DNA of 64,000 nucleotides from assembly GCA_031962025.1 (NCBI GenBank), contig JAVRKW010000003.1. One strand, written 5' to 3'. A program made the translations under genes and the position numbers. The stretch's first letter is position 1; the number at the start of each line of letters is the position of its first letter. Positions 1-9,965 of this stretch are shown here, in pieces. Origin of the DNA: Pseudothermotoga sp. Lineage in GTDB: Bacteria > Thermotogota > Thermotogae > Thermotogales > DSM-5069. The notes below the pieces were generated by a model that was not told the DNA's origin, made no database searches, and saw nothing but the letters and a program-made list of their open reading frames with translations.

Positions 1-4
1 TAAC

Positions 5-1378
5 TTGCTCAACAGATACGGTATTAACACCCTTGATCCGCTGTTCTACGAACCACAGCAAAAAGCCAGTTTAATTGAGCAGTTACTCAGAGAAAAGGTG
101 ATAATTCACTATGCTAAACAGAATAAACTCATTGCAAGTAAGAAAGAAATAGAGGCAAAACTGGATGAGTACAGAAAGCAAATAGAAAAAGATCAATCTT
201 TATCGCAATATTTCAAGCAGCAGTATGGGAGTGTAGATCTCTACCTGAGTAAAGTTTTAAAACCATCGATTGAGAAATCTTTGACTCAGCAGAAGGTAAC
301 AGACAAAGTAGCGGCAGTGAGTATGGATGAGATGAAAAAGTACTTTGAGGAAAATCTCGACCAGATAAAGAAAAAGTACGATCAGGCAGATGTGAAAATG
401 CTTTCTTTTTCCGATGAAAATCAGGCTAAAGCCTTCATGGGAAAATTGTTAGAGCTGGATTTTGATTCTGCTGCAAGTAAAATGAACCTGAGTGTAATGG
501 ATTATCCTGGTCTGAGCAGGGGTATCTTCGACGAAAAGTACGAAAATGACATATTCTCAGGTGCAACAGGAACGGTTGTCGGACCCATTCCCCTGGGTAG
601 TTCTTGGTATGTCTTGGAGGTCAAGGATGCCACGGTGATCAAAGACTTCAATTCTTTCACACTTTCAAATGCATACGAGACGGAAAAAAGCGCATTGCAA
701 TCACAGAAAATGCAAGAGTGGTACAACGACTATGTGAAAAACAACAACATAGAACTGGTTTTTGCAAATGAGATTTATGATATCTGGAGAAAGATCAGTC
801 AGACTTCAACATCTACTGACCTTGAGAAACTACACGATGATTTGAAAGGAAAGGTTTTTTCTCAGGATGGCACGATCTTACCAGATGCACCGGATACACT
901 CAAGAGTGCATACGTAGTTTTGATTGAAAAAATCCAGGATGCTCTGGATTCAGATGCCACTGAAACCAAGCAGAAATGGCAGCAGCTTCAAAATGAAAAG
1001 ATATTGCTCGTGAAAAACCTTTATGAACAGTATCCAAGTTCATTAGAGGTTGTCAGAAGGATGTACGATATAGATCGACAAAATCTTGATGTGAAGTACA
1101 ATTATTTCTCTTTACTTTACTCAGAGATAAAACCTTATCTGTATCCTGAGTATCTTCAGTATCTGCTTCAGAGCATTATAGAAGTTGAATCGGGATTTTC
1201 AGCTATAGCACTTGACACAAAGGCATCGACAGAGATGCGTGCCAGTGCGTACTACAATCTGTACGATCTGAGTAAAGCCCTGGAAGACGCAACCAGCGCA
1301 AGATTCTATTTACAGGAACTGAAAAAGATAGATCCAAATTACATTGATTTTGAAGCGGCATTGAATGAATTAAAGTGA
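5..1378 (+). CDS. SurA/PrsA-like periplasmic chaperone (SurA N domain + PpiC-like rotamase domain + helical C-terminus); 5' end probably outside window
   Basis: LIEQLLREKVIIHYAKQNKLIASKKEIE resembles SurA_N; VKMLSFSDENQA...VVGPIPLGSSWYVLEV resembles the parvulin fold. Confidence 0.65.
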   Translation: MLNRYGINTLDPLFYEPQQKASLIEQLLREKVIIHYAKQNKLIASKKEIEAKLDEYRKQIEKDQSLSQYFKQQYGSVDLYLSKVLKPSIEKSLTQQKVTDKVAAVSMDEMKKYFEENLDQIKKKYDQADVKMLSFSDENQAKAFMGKLLELDFDSAASKMNLSVMDYPGLSRGIFDEKYENDIFSGATGTVVGPIPLGSSWYVLEVKDATVIKDFNSFTLSNAYETEKSALQSQKMQEWYNDYVKNNNIELVFANEIYDIWRKISQTSTSTDLEKLHDDLKGKVFSQDGTILPDAPDTLKSAYVVLIEKIQDALDSDATETKQKWQQLQNEKILLVKNLYEQYPSSLEVVRRMYDIDRQNLDVKYNYFSLLYSEIKPYLYPEYLQYLLQSIIEVESGFSAIALDTKASTEMRASAYYNLYDLSKALEDATSARFYLQELKKIDPNYIDFEAALNELK

Positions 1379-1394
1379 AATTCTGTAAAAAAAC

Positions 1395-1418
1395 AAAGGC
1401 GGGCGCAAGCCCGCTTTT
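1395..1418. terminator. Bidirectional intrinsic terminator between the SurA-like gene and tRNA-Gln
   Basis: AAAGGCGGGC-GCAA-GCCCGCTTTT hairpin with A/T tracts on both sides. Confidence 0.85.
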
Positions 1419-1421
1419 ATT

Positions 1422-1497
1422 TGGCTGGGGCGGGAGGATTCGAACCTCCGAATGTCGGATCCAAAGTCCGATGCCTTACCAGCTTGGCGACGCCCCA
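1422..1497 (-). tRNA. tRNA-Gln(TTG)
   Basis: Reverse complement TGGGGCG...TCGGA-CTTTGGA-TCCGA...GGTTCGAATCC...CGCCCCAGCCA; 76 nt with encoded CCA. Confidence 0.97.
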
Positions 1498-1500
1498 CCG

Positions 1501-1536
1501 TGGTATAATTTTACCATTGTCAGAGAACAACGTCAA
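1501..1536. promoter_or_regulatory. Overlapping divergent sigma70-type promoters (tRNA-Gln on minus, uridine kinase operon on plus)
   Basis: Minus strand TTGACG-17nt-TAAAAT (1536-1508); plus strand extended -10 TGGTATAAT (1501-1509). Confidence 0.7.
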
Positions 1537-1552
1537 TGGTTTGAAAGGAGTG

Positions 1553-3232
1553 ATGTTCTTGGAAAAGTTGAAACTCAAAATCAGCGAGACTAATGAAGAA
1601 CTAACCATTAACCGGGGTGAAAAATTGATCAGTTACGTTTCAAATTACAGTAAATACCACACTACACCGATTGTCGCGGCGAGAATCGATAATACAATAG
1701 TGGAACTTAACAAGCCGCTTGACAGAGGTGGAGTTGTTGATTTCATAGATCTTTCCACACTTGATGGCTTGAGAATTTACCAAAGAGGCGTGTTGTTTTT
1801 GCTGCACATGGTCTTAAAGGAATTGTACAAGGATTATCAACTGTGGGTACTGCACTCCATTGGCAATGCGCTTTATTGTGAACTGAGAAAAGATGGCGAG
1901 AGAAAGAACATCACAGACGAAGATATAATGAAAATCAAGCAGAGAATGTATCAACTGGTTGAGCAGGATATACAGTTTGAAAAACACGAATTTTACAAAA
2001 ACGAGGCTTTTGAGATTTTTTCAAATCAGGGTGATGCAGATAGAATAAGACTATTTAAATTCAGAAAGAAAAAGACGATAAAGCTCTACAAATGCCTTGG
2101 ATATTACGATTACTACTATGGTTACATGCCGCCAAGCACCGGTTATCTGAAGTATTTTGACCTTGAAAAACAGAACGACGGCTTTCTGTTGGTTTTGCCA
2201 GATCAATCTGATCCAAGAAATATCAGAAAACCAAATCCATTACCAAAACTGTCTTCGGTCTTTCTCGAGTATGCGCGATGGCTCGATGTGATAGGTATAA
2301 ATACCGTGGCTGATTTGAACGAAATCATAGCGAGTGGAGAACGCGCGGTAATTGATCTGATGTTGCTCAGTGAAGCGTTGCATGAAAAGAAAATCGCTCA
2401 GATCGCCGAGCAGTTTGCCAATAGTGGCGCTCGTGTGATCCTCATAGCCGGACCATCTTCTTCTGGTAAGACCACTTTTGCAAAGCGCTTACTGATCCAG
2501 TTGAAGGTATTTGGTTTTAAACCGCTGACCATCTCTCTTGATGATTACTTCGTGGACAGAGAGAGAACACCAAAGGATGAGTCTGGCAATTATGATTTTG
2601 AATCAATCGAGGCTATAGATTTAGAGCTTTTCAACAGGCATTTGACTGAATTGCTCGAAGGCAGACAGGTGCAACTGCCCAAGTTTGACTTCAAAGCGGG
2701 TAAGAGAACCTGGCTGGATAAACCAATCCAGCTTGGTAAGAACCAGCCGATTGTCGTTGAAGGTATTCACGGCTTAAATGAAAGGTTGACTTCTTCAATT
2801 GATAGATCCTACAAATTCAAGATCTATGTGAGTGCCTTAACCCAGCTCAACCTCGATGCACACAACAGGATAACGACAACAGACACCAGGTTACTCAGAA
2901 GAATAGTGCGTGATTACAAATTCAGAGGTCATTCTGCACTCGACACGCTCAGAATGTGGCCAAGTGTTAGAAGAGGAGAAGAGAGGAATATCTTCCCATT
3001 TCAGGAAGAAGCAGATGTTATGTTCAACTCGGCAATTGTGTATGAACTTGCTGTACTGAAGATCTTTGCTGAGCAGCTTCTGGTTCAGATCTCTCCAGAT
3101 GAGCCGGAATACACAGAAGCACTGAGGTTGACAAAACTTTTGGATTATTTCCTACCAATCACGAATGTCGAAGACATCCCCAGGAGTTCTATCCTCAGGG
3201 AGTTTGTTGGAAGGAGTGTTTTCAAATATTGA
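1553..3232 (+). CDS. Uridine/nucleoside kinase with N-terminal ThrRS/AlaRS-like (TGS + editing-like) domains
   Basis: Walker A AGPSSSGKTT, ISLDDY, VEGIH, DTRLLRRIVRD; ATG 1553 follows SD AAAGGAG (the ORF-track start 1421 lies within the tRNA). Confidence 0.85.
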   Translation: MFLEKLKLKISETNEELTINRGEKLISYVSNYSKYHTTPIVAARIDNTIVELNKPLDRGGVVDFIDLSTLDGLRIYQRGVLFLLHMVLKELYKDYQLWVLHSIGNALYCELRKDGERKNITDEDIMKIKQRMYQLVEQDIQFEKHEFYKNEAFEIFSNQGDADRIRLFKFRKKKTIKLYKCLGYYDYYYGYMPPSTGYLKYFDLEKQNDGFLLVLPDQSDPRNIRKPNPLPKLSSVFLEYARWLDVIGINTVADLNEIIASGERAVIDLMLLSEALHEKKIAQIAEQFANSGARVILIAGPSSSGKTTFAKRLLIQLKVFGFKPLTISLDDYFVDRERTPKDESGNYDFESIEAIDLELFNRHLTELLEGRQVQLPKFDFKAGKRTWLDKPIQLGKNQPIVVEGIHGLNERLTSSIDRSYKFKIYVSALTQLNLDAHNRITTTDTRLLRRIVRDYKFRGHSALDTLRMWPSVRRGEERNIFPFQEEADVMFNSAIVYELAVLKIFAEQLLVQISPDEPEYTEALRLTKLLDYFLPITNVEDIPRSSILREFVGRSVFKY

Positions 3233-4152
3233 AAAAAACAGTATTTCTTCTTGTGATCTGTATTGTCCTGAGCGGTTTTTCATTTGATCTTTACATCGGT
3301 AGCAAGCTCATGTATTCATCGGCAGACCTTGAGAACACCATGAGCTGGTCCTCTTTTGTTTCTTTCATGGAAAACTATGCAAGAATGATGGGAATTGATA
3401 ATCTTTCAAGTGGAGAAATCGGCGATTTTCAGTACCTTGTTTGGAACGGTCACACGATAGGTTTTGCCAAAGGCTCTGATGTGTTTGTAATAGACGGGAT
3501 CACAGTCAAAAGCAGAACAGTTCCGTTAGTCAACATTTTTTCTGCCTTTCAACTGCCATTTATTCAACAGGAATCGAAAATCGTTCTGGCTGATATGATA
3601 ATAAGCAAGATAACTCAAACAGGTGATATAATCGAAATAACATACAGCGGTTCAGATGAACTTGAATTTGCCAGAAAGCAGGATCGAATAGAGGTTATCA
3701 GTAACGGATTTGTCGCCATGAATAACCAGATTTATAAACCAGGCGAGCTGCTATGGACCATTTCAACAGATAAAAAGATCGATCAAAAGGTTTCAATGCC
3801 AGGGTTAATTCGCCTCATTCTTGCACAGGAAAACTTTGTCGCTGACGGAGTCGTTACGCTGAAATTTGAGCAAACCTTGCAGATTCCCGACAGTGGTGTT
3901 CTTCTTTTTTATGCAAAGGGAGATGATAGAATCATCATCAGACCCTACTCACCAGACTTTGAAGGTTCTGACTGGCCAGTTTATGCACAAAACAAAAAAA
4001 TAGCCCAGCAAATAGCAGCGCGTTTCAATCTGAAACTTGAGATATGTCCTTTGTACAATTTACCTGTCACAAGAATAGCCATGGTTGTTTTGTTGTCAGA
4101 TGAAGCCAGAGTATCAGAAATCGAAGATTATCTAAGGGAGTTGCTTTTTTGA
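3229..4152 (+). CDS. Secreted hypothetical protein, possibly a degenerate cell-wall amidase-like scaffold
   Basis: Signal peptide; segment resembling the copper-amine-oxidase N-terminal domain; upstream of a GerMN gene. Confidence 0.5.
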   Translation: MKKTVFLLVICIVLSGFSFDLYIGSKLMYSSADLENTMSWSSFVSFMENYARMMGIDNLSSGEIGDFQYLVWNGHTIGFAKGSDVFVIDGITVKSRTVPLVNIFSAFQLPFIQQESKIVLADMIISKITQTGDIIEITYSGSDELEFARKQDRIEVISNGFVAMNNQIYKPGELLWTISTDKKIDQKVSMPGLIRLILAQENFVADGVVTLKFEQTLQIPDSGVLLFYAKGDDRIIIRPYSPDFEGSDWPVYAQNKKIAQQIAARFNLKLEICPLYNLPVTRIAMVVLLSDEARVSEIEDYLRELLF

Positions 4153-4611
4153 ATGAAAAAGTATTTGTCAATCCTGCTCATTTTGGTATCTACTATTGTA
4201 TTTTGCAAAAGTTATACACTGTTTTATCTAAACGAAAATTTACTGCCTGTGAGTGTGAATATGAGCTATGATAAAGATGATGTGCTGAACTTTCTTTTTG
4301 ATAAACTCTCAGAACCTGTATCGGGTACGATGAGCTTTGTTCCAAAAAATCTTCTGAGAGCGTATTTTTTCGTTGAAAAATCTCTGATCATTGACCTTAG
4401 ATCCACGGTCTTGCTGGGTATTGATTTTCAGCAGGAACGATATCTGGTTCATCAGCTTTTGAGGACTATTTTTGAGAATTTCAAGGCAGTGGATTCTGTT
4501 TACTTCACAGTTGACGGTAAAAGGACAGATAAGCTGGTCGGCTACGTGGATATACGATATGGCTTTCCAAGGCAGATATGGTCCAGCTGGCCAATTGAGG
4601 GAGGATTATGA
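4153..4611 (+). CDS. GerMN domain protein
   Basis: Signal peptide; LIIDL...QERYLVHQLLRTIFENFKAVDSVYFTVDG matches the GerMN pattern. Confidence 0.8.
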   Translation: MKKYLSILLILVSTIVFCKSYTLFYLNENLLPVSVNMSYDKDDVLNFLFDKLSEPVSGTMSFVPKNLLRAYFFVEKSLIIDLRSTVLLGIDFQQERYLVHQLLRTIFENFKAVDSVYFTVDGKRTDKLVGYVDIRYGFPRQIWSSWPIEGGL

Positions 4612-5381
4612 AGGAAAACCTTGTGAGACTCAATGACAGGGTAATGCTTGAGTTTGAAGACGGTTCGAATTTCATCGTACAGGTTCAACAAACAACTCTT
4701 TCCACCCACAAGGGAGTTGTCGATCTGGGCAGTCTTGCTGGAAAACCGTACGGTGGTATGTGTGAGTTGAAAAATGGCAACCGTTTTAGAATAATGAAAC
4801 CCAGATTCGTCGATGAAGTTTATAAAATGAACAGACGAACACAGATCGTTTATCCAAAGGACATTGGTTATATACTGTTGATGCTGGATGTCAAAGAAGG
4901 AGATCTGGTAATAGACGCCGGGGTTGGTAGCGGTGCCATGTGCGCAGCACTTGCAAGATGCGTCGGACCTTCTGGAAAAGTTTTTGCTTACGAGAAAAGA
5001 GAGGATTTTAAAAACCTTGCACAGTCTAATTTATCAAAATGGGGTTTGATAGACAGAGTGGTTATCAAATTGAAAGACATAAAGGAAGGTTTTGATGAAG
5101 TGGTCGATGCCATTTTTCTTGATGTACCTGATCCATGGAACTATATTAATAATTGTTACAATGCACTGGTTGGATCGGGAAATCTGGCAGTTGTTTGTCC
5201 AACAACCAATCAGGTACAGATGGTTCTTGAAGAATTACAAAAAAACGGCTTTGTCGATGTAGAGGTATGGGAAAGCCTTTTTAGACAGTACAAACCCGTT
5301 CATGAAAGACTCAGACCATTTGACAGGATGGTAGCTCATACGGCTTTCATGATATTTGCGCGGAAGGTAAATGAACTTTGA
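4608..5381 (+). CDS. trmI: tRNA (adenine58-N1)-methyltransferase
   Basis: TQIVYPKD, DAGVGSG SAM motif, FLDVPDPW, HTAF. Confidence 0.93.
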   Translation: MKENLVRLNDRVMLEFEDGSNFIVQVQQTTLSTHKGVVDLGSLAGKPYGGMCELKNGNRFRIMKPRFVDEVYKMNRRTQIVYPKDIGYILLMLDVKEGDLVIDAGVGSGAMCAALARCVGPSGKVFAYEKREDFKNLAQSNLSKWGLIDRVVIKLKDIKEGFDEVVDAIFLDVPDPWNYINNCYNALVGSGNLAVVCPTTNQVQMVLEELQKNGFVDVEVWESLFRQYKPVHERLRPFDRMVAHTAFMIFARKVNEL

Positions 5382-5393
5382 GGAGGGATTGAA

Positions 5394-6605
5394 ATGAGAA
5401 AAAATTCTCTGTTTTTCGTTATCGTTCTTTCAGTTTCTGTAGTTTTGGCAAGCTGGATTCTTTCGGCGGCTGTTACGCCAAAAGATGTGAACAAAGCACT
5501 TGACCCATTCTACCAGACCCTGTCGTACATTCTAAACACGTACTATCAGAAAGATCAGATCGACCTGAATAAATTGATGGACTCGGCGATAGATGGGCTG
5601 GTCAAGGGATTGGGTGATGACTTCTCTTACTACGAAAATCCGCGGGAAATGGAAGAAAGACAGATAGAAATGGAAGGAGAGTATGGAGGTCTTGGAATAG
5701 AGGTTACATACGACAGCGAGTACAAAGCGGTAAAAGTTGTCTCGCCGATGTACGGTACACCAGCGTGGAGAGCTGGCTTGAAAGCCGGTGACAGAATAGT
5801 CACCATAGACGATCAGCCTGTCAGTGAAATGGAATACATGGAAGCCGTGAGAAAACTGAGAGGTCAGCCCGGATCTACAGTCAGAATAAAGATTCTCAGA
5901 GAAGGCGTTGATTCACTGTTAACCTTTGAACTTGTGAGGGAAAAGATTCAGATAATTCCTGTGAAGCATGCGTTTATCGAAACGACAAAGGGTCGCGTTG
6001 GTTATACACTGATAACCAGGTTCGGTGCAAAGACATCCGATGAGATGAAAGAAGCACTGGATGAAATCTTTCAAAAAGGGGTTAAGGGTCTGATTGTGGA
6101 TTTGAGAGACAATCCAGGTGGATATCTGAACAGCGCCATAGAAGTCGCCAGCTACTTTATAGACAAGGGTGTTGTCGTTAAGACAAAGAACGCTTACGGA
6201 GTGGAAGAGGTATACGAATCAAAAGGCAACAACTATCCGAATGTACCGATCGTTGTATTGGTAAACAGAGGTTCAGCTTCGGCGTCTGAAATATTGACTG
6301 GAGCTTTGAAGGATTATCAAATTGCAAAGATCGTTGGACAGAAGACCTTCGGAAAGGGATCGGTTCAAACCGGCTTCCCGTTGAGCAACGGTGGCACGCT
6401 CTATTTGACTACGGCGCATTACATGACACCATCTGGAAAGGATATTCACAAAATAGGAATCGATCCAGATGTTTTTGTTGAGGAAGCCACAACCACCACG
6501 CGTCAGTCGGCTGCTGTGGATTACACCAAAAAAGTTATAGAGATTGATATGAATGATCCTTATATAATCAGAGGATTGGAGGTTCTTCTGGAGATGGTCA
6601 AATGA
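5394..6605 (+). CDS. ctpA: S41 family carboxyl-terminal processing protease (PDZ)
   Basis: GLGI PDZ, DLRDNPGG, GSASASE catalytic Ser, TFGKGSVQ. Confidence 0.93.
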   Translation: MRKNSLFFVIVLSVSVVLASWILSAAVTPKDVNKALDPFYQTLSYILNTYYQKDQIDLNKLMDSAIDGLVKGLGDDFSYYENPREMEERQIEMEGEYGGLGIEVTYDSEYKAVKVVSPMYGTPAWRAGLKAGDRIVTIDDQPVSEMEYMEAVRKLRGQPGSTVRIKILREGVDSLLTFELVREKIQIIPVKHAFIETTKGRVGYTLITRFGAKTSDEMKEALDEIFQKGVKGLIVDLRDNPGGYLNSAIEVASYFIDKGVVVKTKNAYGVEEVYESKGNNYPNVPIVVLVNRGSASASEILTGALKDYQIAKIVGQKTFGKGSVQTGFPLSNGGTLYLTTAHYMTPSGKDIHKIGIDPDVFVEEATTTTRQSAAVDYTKKVIEIDMNDPYIIRGLEVLLEMVK

Positions 6606-7195
6606 CATCTGCGGGAATGGCTGTGTTGATCTTCCTGGTTTGTTTCACTGTTTTCATTTTCGTCTATTATCCAGTGAACAAACGGGTTGAATCCTTTACC
6701 ATAAACCCATTCCCGCGCGTTTCAGTATCTTCACCCTTCACGGGAATAATCGCTAAACTGAAAGCACTTTCAGAGCAGGTCCTTTTCTACAAAAAAGCCA
6801 TTTCAATGGGTCAGAAAGTGACTTTGAATTTGTCACTACGAAATTCGGTTGTTCGAGCAAAGTCGTTCTCTGCTTATGAAGAAATGATTGGCGATATCGA
6901 AAAAAAGATCGGTACCAGACCGGCAGAGAAGAAAATCATTCTGAAGATGGAAGGTTACGAATATCTGATATATTCATCGTTTACTTTCAAAGATGTTTTG
7001 TTTGTGTACAAACCAAGAATAACCCTGACAGATGATGGATATGTTTTACGTGATCACACCGATGTAGCGAAAGTGATTTTGATGGCTTTAAACGGTGAAG
7101 GACCGGATATCAACTCTCAGATTCAGGAGCAATTACTCAGTTCTCTTTTATTGATCTCTCAAAGGTATGGTATAGAGGTGATAAAAACCAGATGA
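6602..7195 (+). CDS. Hypothetical membrane-anchored protein
   Basis: N-terminal TM segment; ATGA overlaps with both neighbours. Confidence 0.6.
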   Translation: MTSAGMAVLIFLVCFTVFIFVYYPVNKRVESFTINPFPRVSVSSPFTGIIAKLKALSEQVLFYKKAISMGQKVTLNLSLRNSVVRAKSFSAYEEMIGDIEKKIGTRPAEKKIILKMEGYEYLIYSSFTFKDVLFVYKPRITLTDDGYVLRDHTDVAKVILMALNGEGPDINSQIQEQLLSSLLLISQRYGIEVIKTR

Positions 7196-7659
7196 GCTAT
7201 TTTGGGCTTCTGTACTCATCAAAGAAAATCGCTAAGGTTGCTGATTACTGGACTTTGATTGTGCCTTTCATTCTTGTCAATACACTGTGGTTTTCGCTGC
7301 TGGATAGAGTGCGCTATGTGTTTTTGAACACAAATTATTTTGTCAATTACGTGAAGCTCAATCTGGCTGTCTTTGTCTATGTCATTATCCTTTGTGGAAT
7401 GGTTGCCCTGATCGAGAGAGATTTCAAAAAGATTTTCTCAATGCCACTGTTTTTCATTCCATATATGTTTTTGCCTCTGTATATTCGAATTTTTGAATTT
7501 TTCAATCTGCCTTTGATGGTTTCTATTTCTTTTGGCTTTGTTCACTCACTGCTGATTTCTTTTAATTACTACAGGTTATCAATTCACATAATTCGAACGG
7601 TAGTCTGCATACTGATCATGCTGGTGGTGAGACGTTGGCTTTCGGTGACTTTGTGGTAA
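7192..7659 (+). CDS. Hypothetical integral membrane protein
   Basis: Several hydrophobic segments; translationally coupled. Confidence 0.6.
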   Translation: MSYFGLLYSSKKIAKVADYWTLIVPFILVNTLWFSLLDRVRYVFLNTNYFVNYVKLNLAVFVYVIILCGMVALIERDFKKIFSMPLFFIPYMFLPLYIRIFEFFNLPLMVSISFGFVHSLLISFNYYRLSIHIIRTVVCILIMLVVRRWLSVTLW

Positions 7660-9965
7660 AGAATCGATTTTATATATTCGCAGTTTTTGTGATTCTTTCA
7701 CTGGTACTTGGTTATTATGGAATTGCAAATCTCACTGTTAATTCAGATCTGGCAAGCCTTGCTCCAAAAGGTGCGGATTTCTATGCCCAACAGATCGATT
7801 TTCTGGTTGAAAAACTGTCTTCTAATACCCTTACTGTGATTGCTTATACAGATGGGGATGTGAAAAGAACCAAGGTGGCACTGGAAAAACTGAAAGACAG
7901 ATTTGAGAAGACCGATTACATTGTTGAAACGATGAAACTCGATAACCCTGAGGTCTTTGTCAAATATGGATTTCTTGCCATGGATTCGAACAGCCTCAAA
8001 GGTGTAAATGATTCTTTTAACTTCAATGTCAGCAACTTTCTGGACTTTTCAGAATACAGAAAAATCGCACAATCGTTCTTGACCGTTGAACAGCTTTTAG
8101 AAGAATACGAAAAGCAAAAAGGTATAGAACAATTTACCATGGTTTCTCCCGATGAACGTGTTATCATAATCAATTTCGTTTTGAAGGATAACATCATAGA
8201 TGTTGATCGAGTGAGCAGGGCTATAATGGATCTGAAAAAGATAGCCCAGCAAGTTACGAAGGAAACGAACGTGAGATTTCTTTTCACAGGAACTGCGGTT
8301 GGTGTTTTTGAATCCAATGAGCAGGTAAGAAAAGACTTTCTTTTGACAACCGTCATATCTTTCACAGGTATATGTCTTGTGATTTATCTGGGGTATGGAA
8401 GCCTTTCGATACTGGCGATCTTACTGGTATCGATGGCTGTTGCCATGTGTATTACCCTTGGTATCACAAAGTTCCTCTTAGGTGAGATAAACATAGTGAC
8501 TTCTTTTGTCAACGCGATGGTTCTTGGTCTGGGCATCGATTATGGAATTCACATGATCACAAAGGTAACCTCCCATGCCAAGGAAGGAACAGTTGATTCT
8601 GACGCCATGCTGGTTGCGATTTCAGAATTTGTGCGTCCAGCCCTTGCTGCTCTTTTGACAACAGCAGGTGCCTTTTCTTCGATGTTTTTTGGACTGTCCA
8701 AGCCTTTTGTACAGATGGGATTGTTTGCCATCATCGGTGTGGCTGTGTTTTTTGTCACGATGCTTTTGTTCCTTCCGTCTCTTTTGATGATATTCAAACC
8801 GAAGATCAAAGAAAACAGAAGAAGGATGGATTTTTCATTTTTCATGAGGGGTAAGGTGAGAAAATCGATCAGAATTATCGTCATAGCAATGACTCTCGTT
8901 TTTATACCCCTGGGGATAATCAATCTCAAAAATTACTGGTATACCCCATCGGGGCTGGTTTCAGAAAAAGCAGAATCTTCAATAGCTTTTGAAGAGGTGA
9001 AAAGAAGTTTTCAGAAGGTTGGTTTTGGAGAAATCTGTGTCTTGGCGGATGATCTTGAGGATCTCAAGAGAATAGATTCCATAATAAGAAACTCTGGCTT
9101 TTTAATACCTCCGCTTTCTGTTTTGAACATCCTGGAATATGCTTCTGATGACGTTGTGAAGGCATTACCAAGCATGTATTCCAGCCTTTTTGAAATTGTG
9201 AATAACCCTGTACTGGTTGCTGTTTTCAAAAGAGTTGGTATGTACGGTCAAATTCTTGAAATGCTTTCGATGGTACGGAATTCGAAAAATATGCAGGACA
9301 TATTGAATGAGTTGAAAAAAGATGTCCCGATGTTTTTTTATGAAAAAGACGGCAAAACAAAGTTCGTGCTGTATACAGATACAGCCCAGGATCTTTATAA
9401 ACAAAACAGGATAAAGCAAGTCTACAACTTTTTCCAGAAAAACAATGTCAAATCCTATGGTTATCCAGCGATACTTTACAATGTGATGAACGACATGAGA
9501 GCAACGGTTTACTGGCTTTCTATGTTTGTTTCTCTGGGAGTTTTTATCATGCTGATGATAGACACAAGATCGTTGAAGATGAGTTTATTGATACTCGGTT
9601 CGGTGATAGTCTCGATTGTGGTTGCCTTTGGCATTGGATTTTTGATGGGAGTTCACACCACTTTCATGACCTTGCTTTTGATACCTATACTGGTAGGAAC
9701 GGGTGTGGACGGCTTAATTCACATGCAGCATGTTTCAAAGATTAAAGAGGCAAATGGACTTTCAAGGACTTTAAAATCGGTTACTTTCTGTACATTCACG
9801 ACTGTCGTTGCTTTTGGAAGTTTTTCACTATCTCAGGGAAAACTCCTCAAAGAATTCGGCATTTTGATGGGAGTAGGACTTTTGGTAACCTGGCTGGTGA
9901 CGATTTTCATCTCAGAGTATTTCCTTGAAGGCGGTGATGGTGTTGAGAATCGCGATGTTCACTGA
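7635..9965 (+). CDS. MMPL/RND (HpnN-like) lipid transporter
   Basis: Two repeats with LGLGIDYGIH and VGTGVDGLIH; TTVVAFGS; large periplasmic loops. Confidence 0.88.
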   Translation: MAFGDFVVKNRFYIFAVFVILSLVLGYYGIANLTVNSDLASLAPKGADFYAQQIDFLVEKLSSNTLTVIAYTDGDVKRTKVALEKLKDRFEKTDYIVETMKLDNPEVFVKYGFLAMDSNSLKGVNDSFNFNVSNFLDFSEYRKIAQSFLTVEQLLEEYEKQKGIEQFTMVSPDERVIIINFVLKDNIIDVDRVSRAIMDLKKIAQQVTKETNVRFLFTGTAVGVFESNEQVRKDFLLTTVISFTGICLVIYLGYGSLSILAILLVSMAVAMCITLGITKFLLGEINIVTSFVNAMVLGLGIDYGIHMITKVTSHAKEGTVDSDAMLVAISEFVRPALAALLTTAGAFSSMFFGLSKPFVQMGLFAIIGVAVFFVTMLLFLPSLLMIFKPKIKENRRRMDFSFFMRGKVRKSIRIIVIAMTLVFIPLGIINLKNYWYTPSGLVSEKAESSIAFEEVKRSFQKVGFGEICVLADDLEDLKRIDSIIRNSGFLIPPLSVLNILEYASDDVVKALPSMYSSLFEIVNNPVLVAVFKRVGMYGQILEMLSMVRNSKNMQDILNELKKDVPMFFYEKDGKTKFVLYTDTAQDLYKQNRIKQVYNFFQKNNVKSYGYPAILYNVMNDMRATVYWLSMFVSLGVFIMLMIDTRSLKMSLLILGSVIVSIVVAFGIGFLMGVHTTFMTLLLIPILVGTGVDGLIHMQHVSKIKEANGLSRTLKSVTFCTFTTVVAFGSFSLSQGKLLKEFGILMGVGLLVTWLVTIFISEYFLEGGDGVENRDVH

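Noticed and set aside
1421..1552. N-terminal extension of the uridine kinase ORF and short ORFs 1375-1593 and 1417-1608
   Set aside because: They overlap tRNA-Gln and its promoter; the SD supports ATG 1553
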